NCBI GenBank assembly: GCA_903813345.2
Contig: CAIIXF020000001.1
Coordinates: 23,250,001 to 23,314,000, forward strand
Source: Owenia fusiformis
Taxonomy: Eukaryota
Length of the DNA stretch: 64,000 nucleotides
Direction: 5' to 3'
The translations under genes were made by a program, and so were the position numbers. The notes below the pieces were generated by a model. The model did not search any database, had not been told where the DNA came from, and saw nothing but the letters and a program-made list of their open reading frames with translations. Shown here in pieces: positions 24,401 to 39,400 of the stretch (position 1 is its first letter; every line of letters starts with the position of its first letter).

Positions 24401-27400
24401 GATCTTGAAAATTCCTCAATTTTCAGCAATTATAGTTCCATATTCTTATCATTATGTAGAGGGGAAAGACCTCCCGTCATGCCATGTCCCTCCCATGATG
24501 CAAAGATGAACTTCTGTTTTAAATTATCAGTGTATCGTGTATGGCACATTTATGGCATTTCTCCTCTCTCTTTGGCCATGTAATTAATTATACCCATTCT
24601 GGTGTACCAGAGCCCCTCTTATCTACTGTTTGGAAGGATAAAGACAAAGGGGGGTTATTGCAATGAGTTATACCCCTTTAAAATAATATCATTGATACAT
24701 GATACAGTACTAATAAATGTTGTCTGACAGCACTGAACAAATTTCACTTTTGATTTCATTAAAACTAAATCCATAAATCATCAGAACCCTTGAGTTGTTT
24801 CATTTTTTCATCACATGAAAATCTAATTGGATGGCAATATTGATGAGTCTGTGATCTTTGGAAACATTATCTGAAAATATTCACTGTCTATGTTAAGCAT
24901 GAATCACCTCCTCATGGTTCAATTGATTTAGCTTAACCCAAGCCATAGTGCAAATATTTGTTCATGTGGCAAAAGAAAAAATGCTTTAAAATAACTTCAA
25001 TGCATTCTTGATATATATCAAAGAAACAGAAATGCATGTATTTCTTGAGCTTCAGTTTGGAACTAAGAATTAAAACTAATGTAAAATAGAAATAAAAGAA
25101 TGAAAAGGTAGAAAAATGACTTTTAAAATACTTTTTCTTGGTTTTGGGAGATAGGGGGATGAAACTGGGAAAATGAGAAATCAATTTTGCTCACTTATTT
25201 CCGAGATTTTTCTGAGAAAACTCAGATTGCCATTCAATATGTAAGATTAGCCTTGTTAAGTTGAAAATAAAATTGACAAAATGTTGACTTGGATATGACA
25301 AAAATTCTAAATTTTACTGTGACTTTTTGAGGTTTTTATAATGCAGATCCTTCTTCCCCTCATCTCAATAGATTAAATAAGGCTGGTGTGTTTTGGACGG
25401 TAAGTTATGATATAATTTTGAAATGGCGAATAAGGTATTTGACTTCTTTGCCCGAAATACCAAATATACATTATACATAGCTAATATCATAAACGCTATA
25501 AAGTATTTTACTTTTTTGAACCATATAGAATAGTTGCAGGACCAGATCTAGACCAGGAAATATTTAGTTACACCGTGTGTCAAGTTTTGAATCACAAGTT
25601 CAGAATGGGTTGTACTATTTAAGACAAATGGGATCTTTAATTAGAACAGAACGTTACCAGACCAGTTGTTGTTTAAAACCTTGAAACTGATAAATCCTTT
25701 CTTGTATCATACATTTGTGCATGCAACACGGAAGTGTATCTCTCACTGTGGAAGTCTTTTAAAAGAGAGCTTCATCTACTCAAAGGGAGTGTCATCAACT
25801 ACTTTCTGGCCTTCAGGGTGCTTTTAAGCAATTCTTATATTCAAGTCTTGTGTCTTTGATAATAGGCAATTTTAGCTTGCATATAATATCTAAACGTCAA
25901 CCTATAGGTATGACTCATCACCCATACAAATGCATCGCTTAAATATTTTCCATTCATGTTAAGGTTGTGAAAAACATTGCACGTTTAAGGTCCCTATTAA
26001 CCAAGTTGAAAATAGTACAAGTTTCCCCACTCATTGGCTAGCTTGTATAATTCAATGTTAAAATGTAGAAGGCTCCATTAAGCTTGAACAAAAATATAAG
26101 TTTAACATAATATAATTATCATTTGTTTACTAAAACAAGATATTTAACTTTCATGAATTTATGACATGAACTCTATTGGGATATCTACCCAAGCTACAGT
26201 TTGGACCATAAATAAATTAGTAGTCGATATTATCACCATTTCCAAACAATGGTGGTTTGAAAGCCCATAGTTTCCAATTCTGTCTCAATACATATCACCA
26301 AATTTTTTTATATTTTACATTTTGTACTCTCATCAGATGTATGGCCTCCTCTTGAAATGCTCTTATATTTAACAAGGAAAAATCTCTCTTCAGCAAATCC
26401 ATGACTCATTTATTTATGGTCTAAACTGTAAGAAATCACATTTTCAGAAAAACATTTTTTTTCAAAATTGATACACAACCTTTTAAAACCATATTTTAGA
26501 TGTCATGTTTTATGCAGATTTTTAAATATGATATCACTTTGGATACGTAATTTTGGATACGTAAAATTGAGACTATTTTTACATGCACCTAATATATTAA
26601 AATCTGTCTGCCAGATACATTAATTCTCTATTTGGTAATTCAAGCTTTAATGATTCCAGACAAATTGAAAACGAAGAACTTGATGTCAGATTAGCAGAAT
26701 AAATTGTTGCTTGATCCACTGGAAAACAAATAAAAAATCTACCATCCTTTCCGGTGACTTATCATCAAAATGAAATATCTGATAATAGCCATAATTATCT
26801 GAAAACAAGTATTGTTAATGAGGAGTTACTGAAAACTTCAATTCTGGTGCCATATTATCTTGTTTGATAATTAATTAGAAATGACATTTTTGTATTTAAC
26901 AAAACCACAAGAATGTTCTTTTGGTGCTAAATATTCTATTTTCATAATATTTTCTCATGTAGGCCTACCAAATAAAGAAGTCACAAAAAGTTCACACCAT
27001 GTGGTTGAGTCAGTGAATCCGTTAAGAGTTACACTGAATAAGAAGCAACAGTTTGACTGGAATACCACACACAATTGACATGTTAATGGTCAAAACAAAC
27101 ATACTATTTCTGAACCAATAATATTTCTATCCATTTGTACCTCTGCATAGCTCAGGCACCTCTCATGCTGGTCCATAAAATTTTCAGATTTTATTTGCAA
27201 ACTTGATTATTTTGCAATTTATTCAGGAATATTGAGATAACCAAGCAAGGGGTTGCGGTTGTATGAACTGCTGGGTGTAATTTATTGAGCTGAAAAAAGT
27301 GTAGAAATATATTAGTTTTGGTAATAGGTTCCTTGTAACATATGTTTTTGTTATGCGCTTCAATTTTTTAACTTGATTTCACTCCTTACAACATATTCCT

Positions 27401-30400
27401 TCTAAATTCAATAGAACTCAACTTGGTTCAAAGTAAAGTTATGAATAATATAACTTAATTATAATAAATATAAATTAAAATAAGTACGGATTTATTATAT
27501 GCAAAATTATCATTTGTATGTTATATCCATGTTTCCTATACTACAACTCCATGGTCACTATGCATATGTTTGAAGTAAACATTATTTTAAATATGATACT
27601 TACAGAATGATGCAATTGAATAAAATTTACATGATGTGAAACAATTTTTCAGTTTCTTCCTTAAATAAGAATTAACATTTTTTGACCACTCAGCAAATGA
27701 ATCCATGTCTGCAAAATTGGTGATTTCAAATATTGAACCAAATTATACAGGTTGTCATGTGTGCCGCTGTGAATGGTAGAGACAGAATCTTGTACAATAC
27801 AGATTGATGCCTTGCAGTTAGCTAATGTTACATCCTACAACGCAAGCCTCTAAGCCTGCAGAAATGTAGCGCTTCATTGTTTTAAAAAGTGCTTAATTGT
27901 GCACCAGGAAATAAACATCACTCTCCTAATAGTCAGCTCTCTGGGGGCCATAAACACTTTTTCTCAATTTACAGAAATTTCAATGAACGATAACAATTTA
28001 AGAGGAAATTATCTCAATAAAATGCTAAACTGACATAAACTATCAAGTTGGATTACGAAAATAATAAAACATTTTTGGAAAGAAAACTGCAGTAGAAGCA
28101 AGTGGAGTTATTTTTAAGTATACAGAGGCTGGTGTGAGAAGAAGCTGTTCAAATTTATCAATCTGTAATTTTTGTAAAATGTATTAGATCATGATAACAT
28201 AAGTTTTAAAGATGCCTCTCTTCAAAACAAGTACTGAAATAACAATCAAAGGATTAAATAAATACTGAACAGTTTTAACACAACTAGTGAAAACGAGAAT
28301 TTCTTTAAAACATTTTTGGATTTAATTAATAATATTGAGCTTCTATGCTAATATCAATAAATAAGGAAAATATTTCAAGTGGATATCGGAAAATAAAAAT
28401 AAAGACAACCACGACAACATTGGAGATAAATTATAGCTAACATAAGGAGATGGAGATGAAAGATTTGAAAATATGGATTTTACATCTGGCTTTATGCTGT
28501 ATGTTGATACCTATATATGTGACTGCTTACCCATTGAGCCCTATACCTGGGAGGGACCATGCTCCTTCAGGATCTAAATGTCCCTACAAATGCATGTGTC
28601 AGAATAACCAAATCTTCTGTAATGGGGTCATGTTGCGTAGCGTGCCCCTGGATATACCTATCCCAACAGTTTATCTCAATCTCCGTGGCAACATTATCAA
28701 ACAGTTGAGTATGAACTCTACATTTCCAAAACTTGAAAACCTCCAGGGACTGCTACTTGGGGGTAACAAGATTGCGCACATTGATGATGGAGTATTAATG
28801 AAGATGAGACAGTTAATGATGCTGGATTTAAGTAAGAACTCTCTTGTGAAAGTTACAGCGAATACTTTTCACGGGGCTCGTTATTTGTGGACACTTTCCC
28901 TGGCTACTAACCAGTTGGAGAAAATTGGGGATGCTCTTGAGGACTTACGTGCATTGTCCATCCTTAACTTAGCAAGCAACAAATTGAAAGCGATCAATGA
29001 AAATGACTTCAAACACAATACGAAATTAAAATTACTAGATTTATCCAAGAATAAGATATCGTTCATACATCCAAGTGCATTTAAGGATCTGCCTAACTTG
29101 CAGTACTTACTCCTGAAGTTCAATCCCCTGGTTGGGATGTCTTACTTGAGATTCAGTGCCAACAGCAGGCTTGCACTGGCTGACTTCACCAACTGTGGGC
29201 TCAGGCTCATCATTGGTGGCCTCCCCAGGTCTGTCAAAGAACTCCGCTACTCAAAGAACAATCTCACTTCAGTTGTTGCAACTGATTTCATGCCAAACTC
29301 AACACTTAAAAAACTTAATATTAATGAGAATCAAGTTGTGTGGATTGATGGTGATGTATTTTCCAGGCTACCGAGATTGGAAGAGTTATGGCTGAGCAAG
29401 AACAGACTGATAAATGTGCCTACAAATATATCAGCATCTATAGAGGGAGTGTACCTAGAAAATAACCGCATCCACAATCTGGGACATGGCAATTTCATCC
29501 ACAATGCCAATTTGAAATTCTTAAACCTCCAGCAGAACAACATCACCAATATATGTCATGGTACCTTTAGTGGTCTGACCAGCCTCATTACTCTAGACTT
29601 GGGAGCCAATTACATTTCTGACGTTAAAAAATGCTCGTTTGAAAATCTAACTAACTTGGAAAAATTAGATCTGTCAAGAAACCCTATACGAAAGATGGGT
29701 ACTGAATGTTTTGAGCCACTTTCAAAGTTACGAACTTTGCAAATGTCACATGTGCCAACTAACGCCAGAATGTATCCTGACATTTTCCGTGGTGTAAGAA
29801 ACTTGCAATACCTTGACCTTTATAATAGCCCCAGTATAGCCCAGGGGATAGTCAAGTCAGCTGACTACCTCGATACTCTTTATTCAGTCAGGGATCTAAA
29901 CTTAATGTACGATGGATTACAAACTCTACCAGAATTTTTCCCATCATATTTCCCGAACATCCAAGTTGTGAAACTATCAGGTAATCCCTGGCGATGTGAC
30001 GCCAATATCCTTACACTCAGAAACTGGATACGTAACCAAACCAATGTGAACTTTTATTTGGGGAATGAAATTCAATGTATGACCCCTGAATGGATGCAGG
30101 GAAAGGCAATTTATGATGTAGATGAGAATGTTGACTTTGATGAAGAGAAAAACACTATACCTGATGACTATTATTATTATGATGAGGAGGACTTTAAAGA
30201 GGCAATGGCTGAGAAAAACGAAAAGGATTATGAGACCCAGTCACAAAATAAACCTGAGAAGGCTACATCTATTGCAAGTGAAAGAGAAATAAAACCCTAT
30301 ACACAAACACAAAGCCCTCATTACAATGGCATAACACATACTGATGCAACAGAGAATGAAATAACCGAACCAAATGATTTTGAAGACAACATAACTGAAG

Positions 30401-33400
30401 CAATCCCTACATCAAACAATAACCATGATGCTGACAATATCATGAGAAATGAGGTTATCACAGAACAACCAGTAATCAACCCTCGCCGAGTAAATGGAAA
30501 AGATATTCTCGAAATTGACACAAATAAAGCTGAAACAATTGAGAGAGAGAATGGACAAGTACAGAAGAAAACAAGTTTTAGAATAAATGGCTTCAAAGTA
30601 ATTGTTAAAACATCAGATTCAGACACTGTAAAAGTATTAAAACAAGATCAAAATAACAGACAACAAATTGTTGCATCTCTAGATTCATCAAATGATGAGA
30701 AAAATGAACATTATGAGAAAGCAAAGCAGATAATATCAAATCACCTAATCAGAAATAACATCACTGTAAAAGGAACTACAAATGTAGAAATTAAAACTAG
30801 ACCCAAGGCACCAATTGTAAACAAACAAGATCAAAATAACAGACAACAAATTGTTGCATCTCTAGATTCATTGAATGATGAGAAAAATGAACATTATGAG
30901 AAAGCTAAACAGATAATATCAAATCACCTAATCAGAAATAATGTCACTGTAAAAGGAACAACAAATGTAGAAATTAAAACTAGACCCAAGGCACCAATTG
31001 TAAACAAACCAAAAGTTGCAATAAAAGTTGGGATTAAAGTGACACCAAGACGGAAAACACCAAGAACAAATGTAAACTCTTATGTAAAATACAGAAATAA
31101 AGCTGAAAATAGATATGCCGATGAGCCTAAACTTAGAATAACAACAGCTGCAACAAGAACAACAATGATAACAACAACACAGAAAAAGTCAAATACGAAT
31201 ATTAACTCTTACGCACAATACAGAAACAAGGAAAGATATAGATATGCCAATAAGCCCAATAACAAAATAACAACAGCACCAAAAATAACAACAAGGGCAA
31301 CAACAACACCAAGAATGACAACACAAATGAAAACAACACCAAGGACGCTGGTAACACCAAAAACAATTGCTAATGACAGAGTTCACAGTGGAGACAATGA
31401 TGATATAGAGTTTATTGAGGAAAATATTCAAACCACAGTACCTCATGAGAAAACAAACAATGATAATATAAACAATGCTGAAGACCACAATGAGGGCCGA
31501 AAGCATAAAGGTGATGTTGGTTCTACAACAGCAGAAGATGACTATGATGCAGAACCTGGTGAGTCAGAGGAATATTCTGGGGCAGGTTTTCTATGACAAT
31601 AGGATGCTAGAGCAATGAAACACTTCACACAAGACATTCTTCTTTTTTGATTTTCCAATTTTTAATTTTTTTTAATCTAACATTTCTCTCCTTTTTTCTG
31701 AGTTGAGTCTTCTTAAAAATATATAAGATGACATCATTTATTTGAAAATCTAATTCATTCATTTTATAGATTCATTTTATTTTATTCATGTTTGTGCTTG
31801 TGTACATTTGACAGTATGAGAAGTGGCTGGCCATTTATGGGTTTGAAGAAATTCCTTCAGAGATATGATCATAAAAAAATCATGGAATTTTTAATCATTG
31901 GTTGTTTTGTCTGCATATTTAGATGCCGCAATAACTTCCAACAGATTCACATATGTACCGAGTCTCTTTTCTATAACCTGTTCATATATGTCAATGTGTT
32001 AAATGTGAAAATGTAATCTTTTCTTATATAATGCTTATACATAGAACATGATGTACAAAGTAAAATACTTTTATATGAGTAGACCTAGATTCATAATTTG
32101 ATTAACTGTAATATAATCATAATTGTACATTTTGATTAACTCAAATGAAAATGAGGATGAACAATGTATTATATATGTTTTGATGTGTAAAAATCAAAAA
32201 AAATTGTCGCTAAGAAGACGGACAGTTGCATTTCTTAAAAGGGACCAATGTTTTAGATGGTTCTTTGTGGTTGAAAATGCATGAATGATTAAATGACCCC
32301 TTATTCCTGGCTTAAAACACTATTAACATCATCTAGAAATTAGGAATGTAAATCTTAAAGGAATAAAATTTAATAGTATCAATAAAATACTTTTTTAGTT
32401 TTATATATACAAGAAGGGCTTGCATTTAAATGGCAGCAAAGAACAGTGTAGAATTGTAGTTGATCTTTCCAAAAATATTTTTAGAAAATTGGCATGACAA
32501 AGAATGTTGAGACCAAAAAGACCGTAAAAATATGATAATCTCAACACATTAATAGCCTTTGTTGCACATTTGGCATTTGGCACATTTGAACTCTCGTTCA
32601 TTGACTTAAATTTCTTTTGATAGAGCTTTTCATCTGGTTTGCAAATGTATTTCGCGGTAATACCATTTTGTTCAGGTGGTCTCAAATCCTTAGCAGGGGT
32701 ACCGATTATAAGGTCTATCAGTGCAATCCTAGCTACCTACCTAGCAGACATGTATCTGCTTTACAAATATTTATCCACGGTCATATTCCCCTGTGTTCGA
32801 AAAAATCAAAGTGTGATATTTATCCAAGGTCAGGAAGTTCTAGCGCCAGCTGAGAAGTTAATTCATGTTTTGATTGCTCTGTCAAGAAAAACATACGGCT
32901 TCATCTATGGAACATCTGAAAACCTCAATATCCTGTGCTCCATACACCTGATACAGTGTTTCCTGATTTAATTAATCCATACCAAAATTATGTCAGCTTT
33001 ATATGTACTTAAGTCAGTTGTCTTAGCTATAAGCAATAAGCTGTCTCATTATAAAAACTGTATCAAAACTGTATAAAATCTATGTCATCAAAATAGATGT
33101 CAGCAAAATTGAAGTCATCAAAATCAATGTCATCAAAATCAATGTAAACTAAATCGATGTCACCAAAAATCAATGTCAGCAAAATCAATGTGAGCTGAAT
33201 CAATGTCATCAAGTAAATGCAGTTGTATCAAATTAAGTACAATGGGATGGAGTTTTTATATAATATAGGAATGGATGTATAACAAACAGTATAGTAAGAC
33301 AAATACTTCCTGTAGTACACCATCCTGAAAAACAGACAATTCATTTTCTGATGTTTCAAAAAGCCTAGGGTGATGCAAGTAGGCTGGCAGGGTTAATAGA

Positions 33401-36400
33401 TCAAATGCAAAGTTGTTTCACAAATTCATGAAGTACATGTATACATGGAAATAGCTTGAATTTACTGATAACCTACAAAAAAGAATCTCTTTAGAGAATA
33501 ATGCAGAACAATGTATATATCGCTGCTCATACATGGGGGAACATTACACTATGTAAGAATAAATTAGACACAGATGCAGCAGAAATAATTATAAATCAAG
33601 CATCATTTTTCATAACTTTGGCAAAGGGCAATTCAACAATCAAGAGCACTGTAAACAAACCGATTTCTTTCTTATTTTCCTGTTCCTTTGTATACATATC
33701 AGAAGGTGATTGCCTTATAGACTAAACAGTGGAGAACCATGTCATATCTTCAGGATAAAACCTAGTCTAAAACAAACAAAAGTAGTAGAGGCTTGTGAAA
33801 TAAGTCGAGGTCATTTGGGTTAACTATTCGGGGTCAGAGCACCCTGGATATAATGTTGTTAAAATTACATTACTAAACACTTTAATCTGCTGTTAATAGA
33901 AACAAGAGAATATAATTAGACATTGATGACTGGTAGAACTGGTTTAGGAACAGGTTAAAGAAAAGTTGCAATTAAGGTAGGCACTGGACAATCAGTAATA
34001 TGTACCGTGCCTACCTTAGGATGTGACAATTTTATAAAATTTATTGTTCCTGTGAACTTAACGTCCACCAAAAAGTAATTTTCCATGAAAAGTAAATAAA
34101 ATACTCTGCCATATCCTGGATGTTTTTTTAGATTATGAAAATTAGTTTTTGATTTACAATAACAAACATCAATATCTTATTTTCCTCTGAGACCCAAAAC
34201 ACCATGTTGGTTGCAGGTCATATTGTTTGATACAAATTCAACATAATAACTTCGAATAAAGTTCTGATGAAAATGTTGGTTGATTTCCGCAAAAGGAAAT
34301 TGTCAGCCCCATTTAACCAAATCCCTGAAAACTAAGCCTCTGGTTAAGTTAACCATGGATTACTGAATCAAAGCAAAAGATCAAATTTTCAAATTAAACG
34401 ATTCTTTTCCAGGTTCCAAAATCTCATTTTCTTCACCTTTCATAGAACAAATAATTAACTCAAACTAAAATGATGTACCCTTGTGTATTATGTATATTTT
34501 TGGACCAGGTATAAGGAAAAAGACTAAAATATTATACCCATGGGTATAAGTATATTTTTGGACCAGATATAAGTAAGAATACTTGTTTATTAAGTACAGA
34601 TCTGGAGTAGAATCTATTTAGAGAAGCTATAATATACATAACTAATATGTGGCTTAAAAATAGAGACGAGAAAATAGCATCATTCTTTGGGAGTTAACGG
34701 AAACACCTGAAATTGTTCTCAACTAAAATACCATTTGTTAAAACGATCATTTCAGGGTTAGCCAAAAATAATATTGTTTCGTGCAGATTGGTCTGCAGAC
34801 ATTCAGACATTCGCTCTTCCTGGAAAATTAACTTCATAGGCTTTGAAGTTTTTTGGCGTTTGTTTAACATTAAAATGAAATCTTCGAAATCAGCCGAGAT
34901 CTAAAACTCAGAATTTCGCCATTCAATTACACTTTTGCGGGAGACATTATTTTTCCTTCTTTCATGATTTTCTCGGACAAATGGCCAGAGCGATGTATTA
35001 CAAATGGCCCGTCTAGTAACCTTATTGACATGGCAGGGAAAGCTAATTGTAGATTTAAACACGGAATGTGAGAAAGAATTTGAGAAAAACATCTGATGAT
35101 AATTGTTAAATTTGACTGCATACTGACAGATGGGAAAATCAACTTATGGGCATTTGCATCAACCAGACAGAACAAGGGGCAACATCGGGAAAAGAAAAAC
35201 ACATATTAGAAATAACAGAAAATGAATTAAAACATAAAACAAACAATCTAAATCAGCTATGTGTAACCATGAAGTGTGGTTTTAGTATGCACAAGTGTTA
35301 TATTAATTTACAAGTGCAAAGCATCAGTATGCAAATTGCAAAAAGGTTCCAAAATATGTCATCCAATATTCATCCTTTTGATACATTATAAGAGGGGCTA
35401 TATGCGAAGATGAGCGGATTAAATACATGTTTTTTCATTTAAAAGTTGGACTTCAAATACAGGAATATTGAAAATTCTTTCTATATGGTAAAAATGTTGG
35501 GTGCTTTTGGAAAATATTGGCCCCTTTTGAAACAATTGGGCCTCTTTTCCGAGTAACTCACCAAAAATCCATAATTAATTTCTGATGTTAAAATTCATTT
35601 ATGAATATTTATATTTAGCTAAAAGAAAATGGATATTAGATGCAACTTATATACATACAAAATGCAAACAAAAAAAAATATGATATGTTATTTGACATAC
35701 TTCCACTTAAACCAACATTTCCAAAACAATTCCCACCAATCAATCTTCTGAAATGAAACAATGAATAAAACTGTTTAAACAAATAATGGTTGAATCCTGA
35801 AGTATGTAAAATAGGCTATAACCCCATATACAAAATTATGCTAAGTCCACAATTTTTGAAACTCAGTCTAAAATTCTCTTTCACTCTCGCTTACCAAAAA
35901 AAATCTGAAAATGTTTTTAAGCTTTGAACCTAAATTCATCTGATGGTTCATTGAACCAAAAGTACCAACAAAACTAATCTAGATTGTTGAGAAAGTTTTA
36001 AGGATGTTCATCATAATTTTAGTCAGTTATATGAATCTTTGAGCAAATTGGCAGGTACCAGACTTAAAGTTGAGTAGTTGGAATTTTCATTGACGTCATT
36101 ACCTGCAATATAATCACATTGATGCACCGATAAACCATGGCCCTTTCTTCACGAAAAAAATCAAAGCGAAAAAGAAAAATTTATGTGACAATACTGCAAC
36201 ACAACCTCACACACGTTGATCAAATTTTGAAAGTATTCATAAATTATAAATCTTTTGAAGAATTCCAGTATTCAGGAAGGAATTTGGAAAAGACAAGTTG
36301 ATATTTCTGCAAGAACTATAATTCACTAAGTTCTCACCTGACAGCAGTGTCTAACCAACCATCGGCAGAACACACTCACAGAACCAGTTTAAGAGTCACT

Positions 36401-39400
36401 CAGTATGTTCGCATGCATGTTTTCTTAAGATTTTATCATAACATTTGATTCAGAAACAATGTATTATCTTCCATTTAGGACTTGAATCTGGATAGAGAAC
36501 ATTTGTTTGAACTGAGTTCAATAAACTCTATGAATTTTTCTTTATTTTTGGATAATGGTTGTTTGACTGCGAGCGGAACATGACAATTGGGATGGTTTCT
36601 TAGTGCTTTAACTAGATAGCAGCAAGATGGAGGCAAAACAAATCCCATGAAAAATCAGACAAATTGCTTGAAATCAAAATGGCTACCATACATGTATTGT
36701 CAAAGATGATGTAGCATTCTTGCATGTATTTACATACTCATAGGCCTATAAAATATCAACAAAATCATTCTTTCCACCATTTTTCATAAAGCATCTTAAG
36801 CAAGTTGTCAAAAGAAAATATACCCCGCTTCAATGTATCTTCAATGTATCTATTTTTTCAGATATAGCAAAAAAAGTAAAATAACACATAAAAATGGCTG
36901 CCAATTTTCAAAATGGCTCCCTACTTGTCAAAGTGTCATAAAAAAGTATACCATAAGTATTCACTTATCAACAAAATTGCTTCACTTTTTTCGAGATAAG
37001 CAAAAATCATAAAATAAAGTGTAACAGCCACCATTGGTTGGTCTCCATGTTTTTTTAAAAATTAAGATATTGAATTAAAAATGAATTCCAAATGTTACTG
37101 ATTCTTTTTTTGGTGTTGCTATGTTTCTTTTTATTAATTTCTGTTTATATTTCTCTTGAGCAATTGTGTTATTTTGGGTTATCCTTTTGATTCAGAAATT
37201 GTGTTAATGATCATTGTTTCCTTTGCAGGAGGGAGATCAACAGTATTATAACCAGGTACAAAACAAACCTTGAGTCCTTATTCAAGGATAGACCTAGAAA
37301 ACTAGAATTTCAGTAATGCTATCAGGTCACAAACCTTGAAAATTGAACAAGACAATTTCGGAAACGGACACCTCTCCTGATTGTAATCTCCATAACATGA
37401 ACAGGCACATCAGCCCTTTCATTTCAGGTTTTGAGATTTGAGATAAAGCACCCTTTGAAGGAATATCAAAATGCATTTTTGACAACATTATCTATGTTTT
37501 CAGTAATTATGTTTCCAGATTATATTTCCTTCTTATGAAATATCAATCTTTGTCAAACCAAAGAAAAAAGGGATGTACTTGATCCTTGTACTATTACCCC
37601 AAAGAACTGTCAGAGCATTGACCTTAAACTTATTAAAGAAACTTGGAGCAACTGTTAAGTGGCAATATAACAGAGGCATTTACAAGTTGGTAAGTAAGTC
37701 TATACCATCTCATATGCTACCACTTTCTCTCTGGGGTCAAGTTCAATTAGAAGAGGATGAGTTAGCAATAACTAGGTTGAGCTACATACTCCATAGCAAA
37801 CAAACTACCTAAAATACATTGGGGTTTCAGTTTCACAAAATTCCTGTATATGTTTTTACTGCCATCTTTACGATGAGTAGATTCTATTTGCTTCATAAAG
37901 GTCTCTAGTAGAGAGATCACTCTATGATATATCATGGTTCACCAACACTTGATACTGCTGCTTTTAAATTCTAAACCTAAATGCACATGGCATTTACACT
38001 TGTAATATTGTGTTTCTGTCTTTACGTAAAAAATAAAAAATATTTTGGCAGCCTTTTATGTATATAGCATTGGACAGTGATAATGTAAAGTAAAATGTGA
38101 AGAATGTATGTATACAAGTACATTTAATATCATCTCCAAACAGGACCAAGCATTTACATAATAATATCAGTCATCACCTGTTATAATTGGAAAATTGTCA
38201 CAAAAGTGTAACAATTTATTAGACATGTGACCACCAATGCAAACAACCAAAAAAACCATTACAGTAACAATATGTCACCACTTCTTGGTGGTGACATAAA
38301 ATGTGGTGACATAAAAGTTACATGGTTACAAAATTCACAACAATGAGAGTCTCCATAACAACGTGGCTTACCACTGTTTAATGGTAGGGAATGGATTGGG
38401 ATCTACATTGGGCTGTCAAAAGTAAGGGAGCTAGGAAAATGTCTTACCTTTTGTTGTACTAGTGTATGTCTCTCTTCCATCTCTTTACGGTCAACAGCAG
38501 CTTTAGCACTCAGTTCTTCCACCTGGGGAGTAGAGAGAGCAATGAGAGAGCGATGGAGAAAATAATAAAATAACAACTCCACAAAGTAGTTATATGGTCA
38601 AAATATTTTTTTCTAAAATCATTATGCTTTAACTTCCAGCCATTCCTTATTAACAATATTTTATGTTTGAAATAGCACAAATGTGGAATAATTTTGAGGG
38701 ATAATATGAATTATTAATTCTCAGATGATTAGCCACCATCAAGTATGCCATCTTTAATCACTGGACAAGTATAAATCAAACCATAGGATAGTTTCTATGA
38801 GCAAATGCCATTTGGTATAGACATTGAATGTCAAATGCAGTCTGCCGTCAAAAAAAGATTGAGACCCCAACATGTTGTTAAAACATCTGTGGTGGTGACA
38901 TTAAAATGGCAAATCTACAGAGAAGCAGATCCCAACTGAATTTTAATAAGTTGCCTATGGATCATTCATTTTGAACTTTATGCCTGAAATAACAAGGCAG
39001 TGGAGGTATCCGAATAAAAACTACACCAATGACATACCAAAATGTATAAAGACATTAACAGGAAGTTCAGTGGGATAATCATACCCCATATACAGTAGTT
39101 GACTATTAAAACTTCACCTAATTACCTGATTGGCCAGTTGTTTCATGTAGGGTTCAAGGTCATTGAAGAGGTCATTGCCTTGGTGAAAGTAGGCATTCTG
39201 GGCATGCATGTATGCCAGCATCTGAAATATTGAAGTTTAAGTCAACATTGTCTTGAAGAAAAGTAAGTCTGGCATTTACTTTGGTGATTAGAATATATGA
39301 AATTAGTTGAGAGTATGCATCCAAGGTCTTGTAAATATTTGCTTAGTCGGCTCCTACGGCTGAATGTAGTTTCAGATGTGCAAAGCCCATTAGGAAGACT

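Noticed and set aside
32401-32971. Cluster of short ORFs downstream of the LRR gene
   Set aside because: No domain signature or splice support; possibly a decayed TE.
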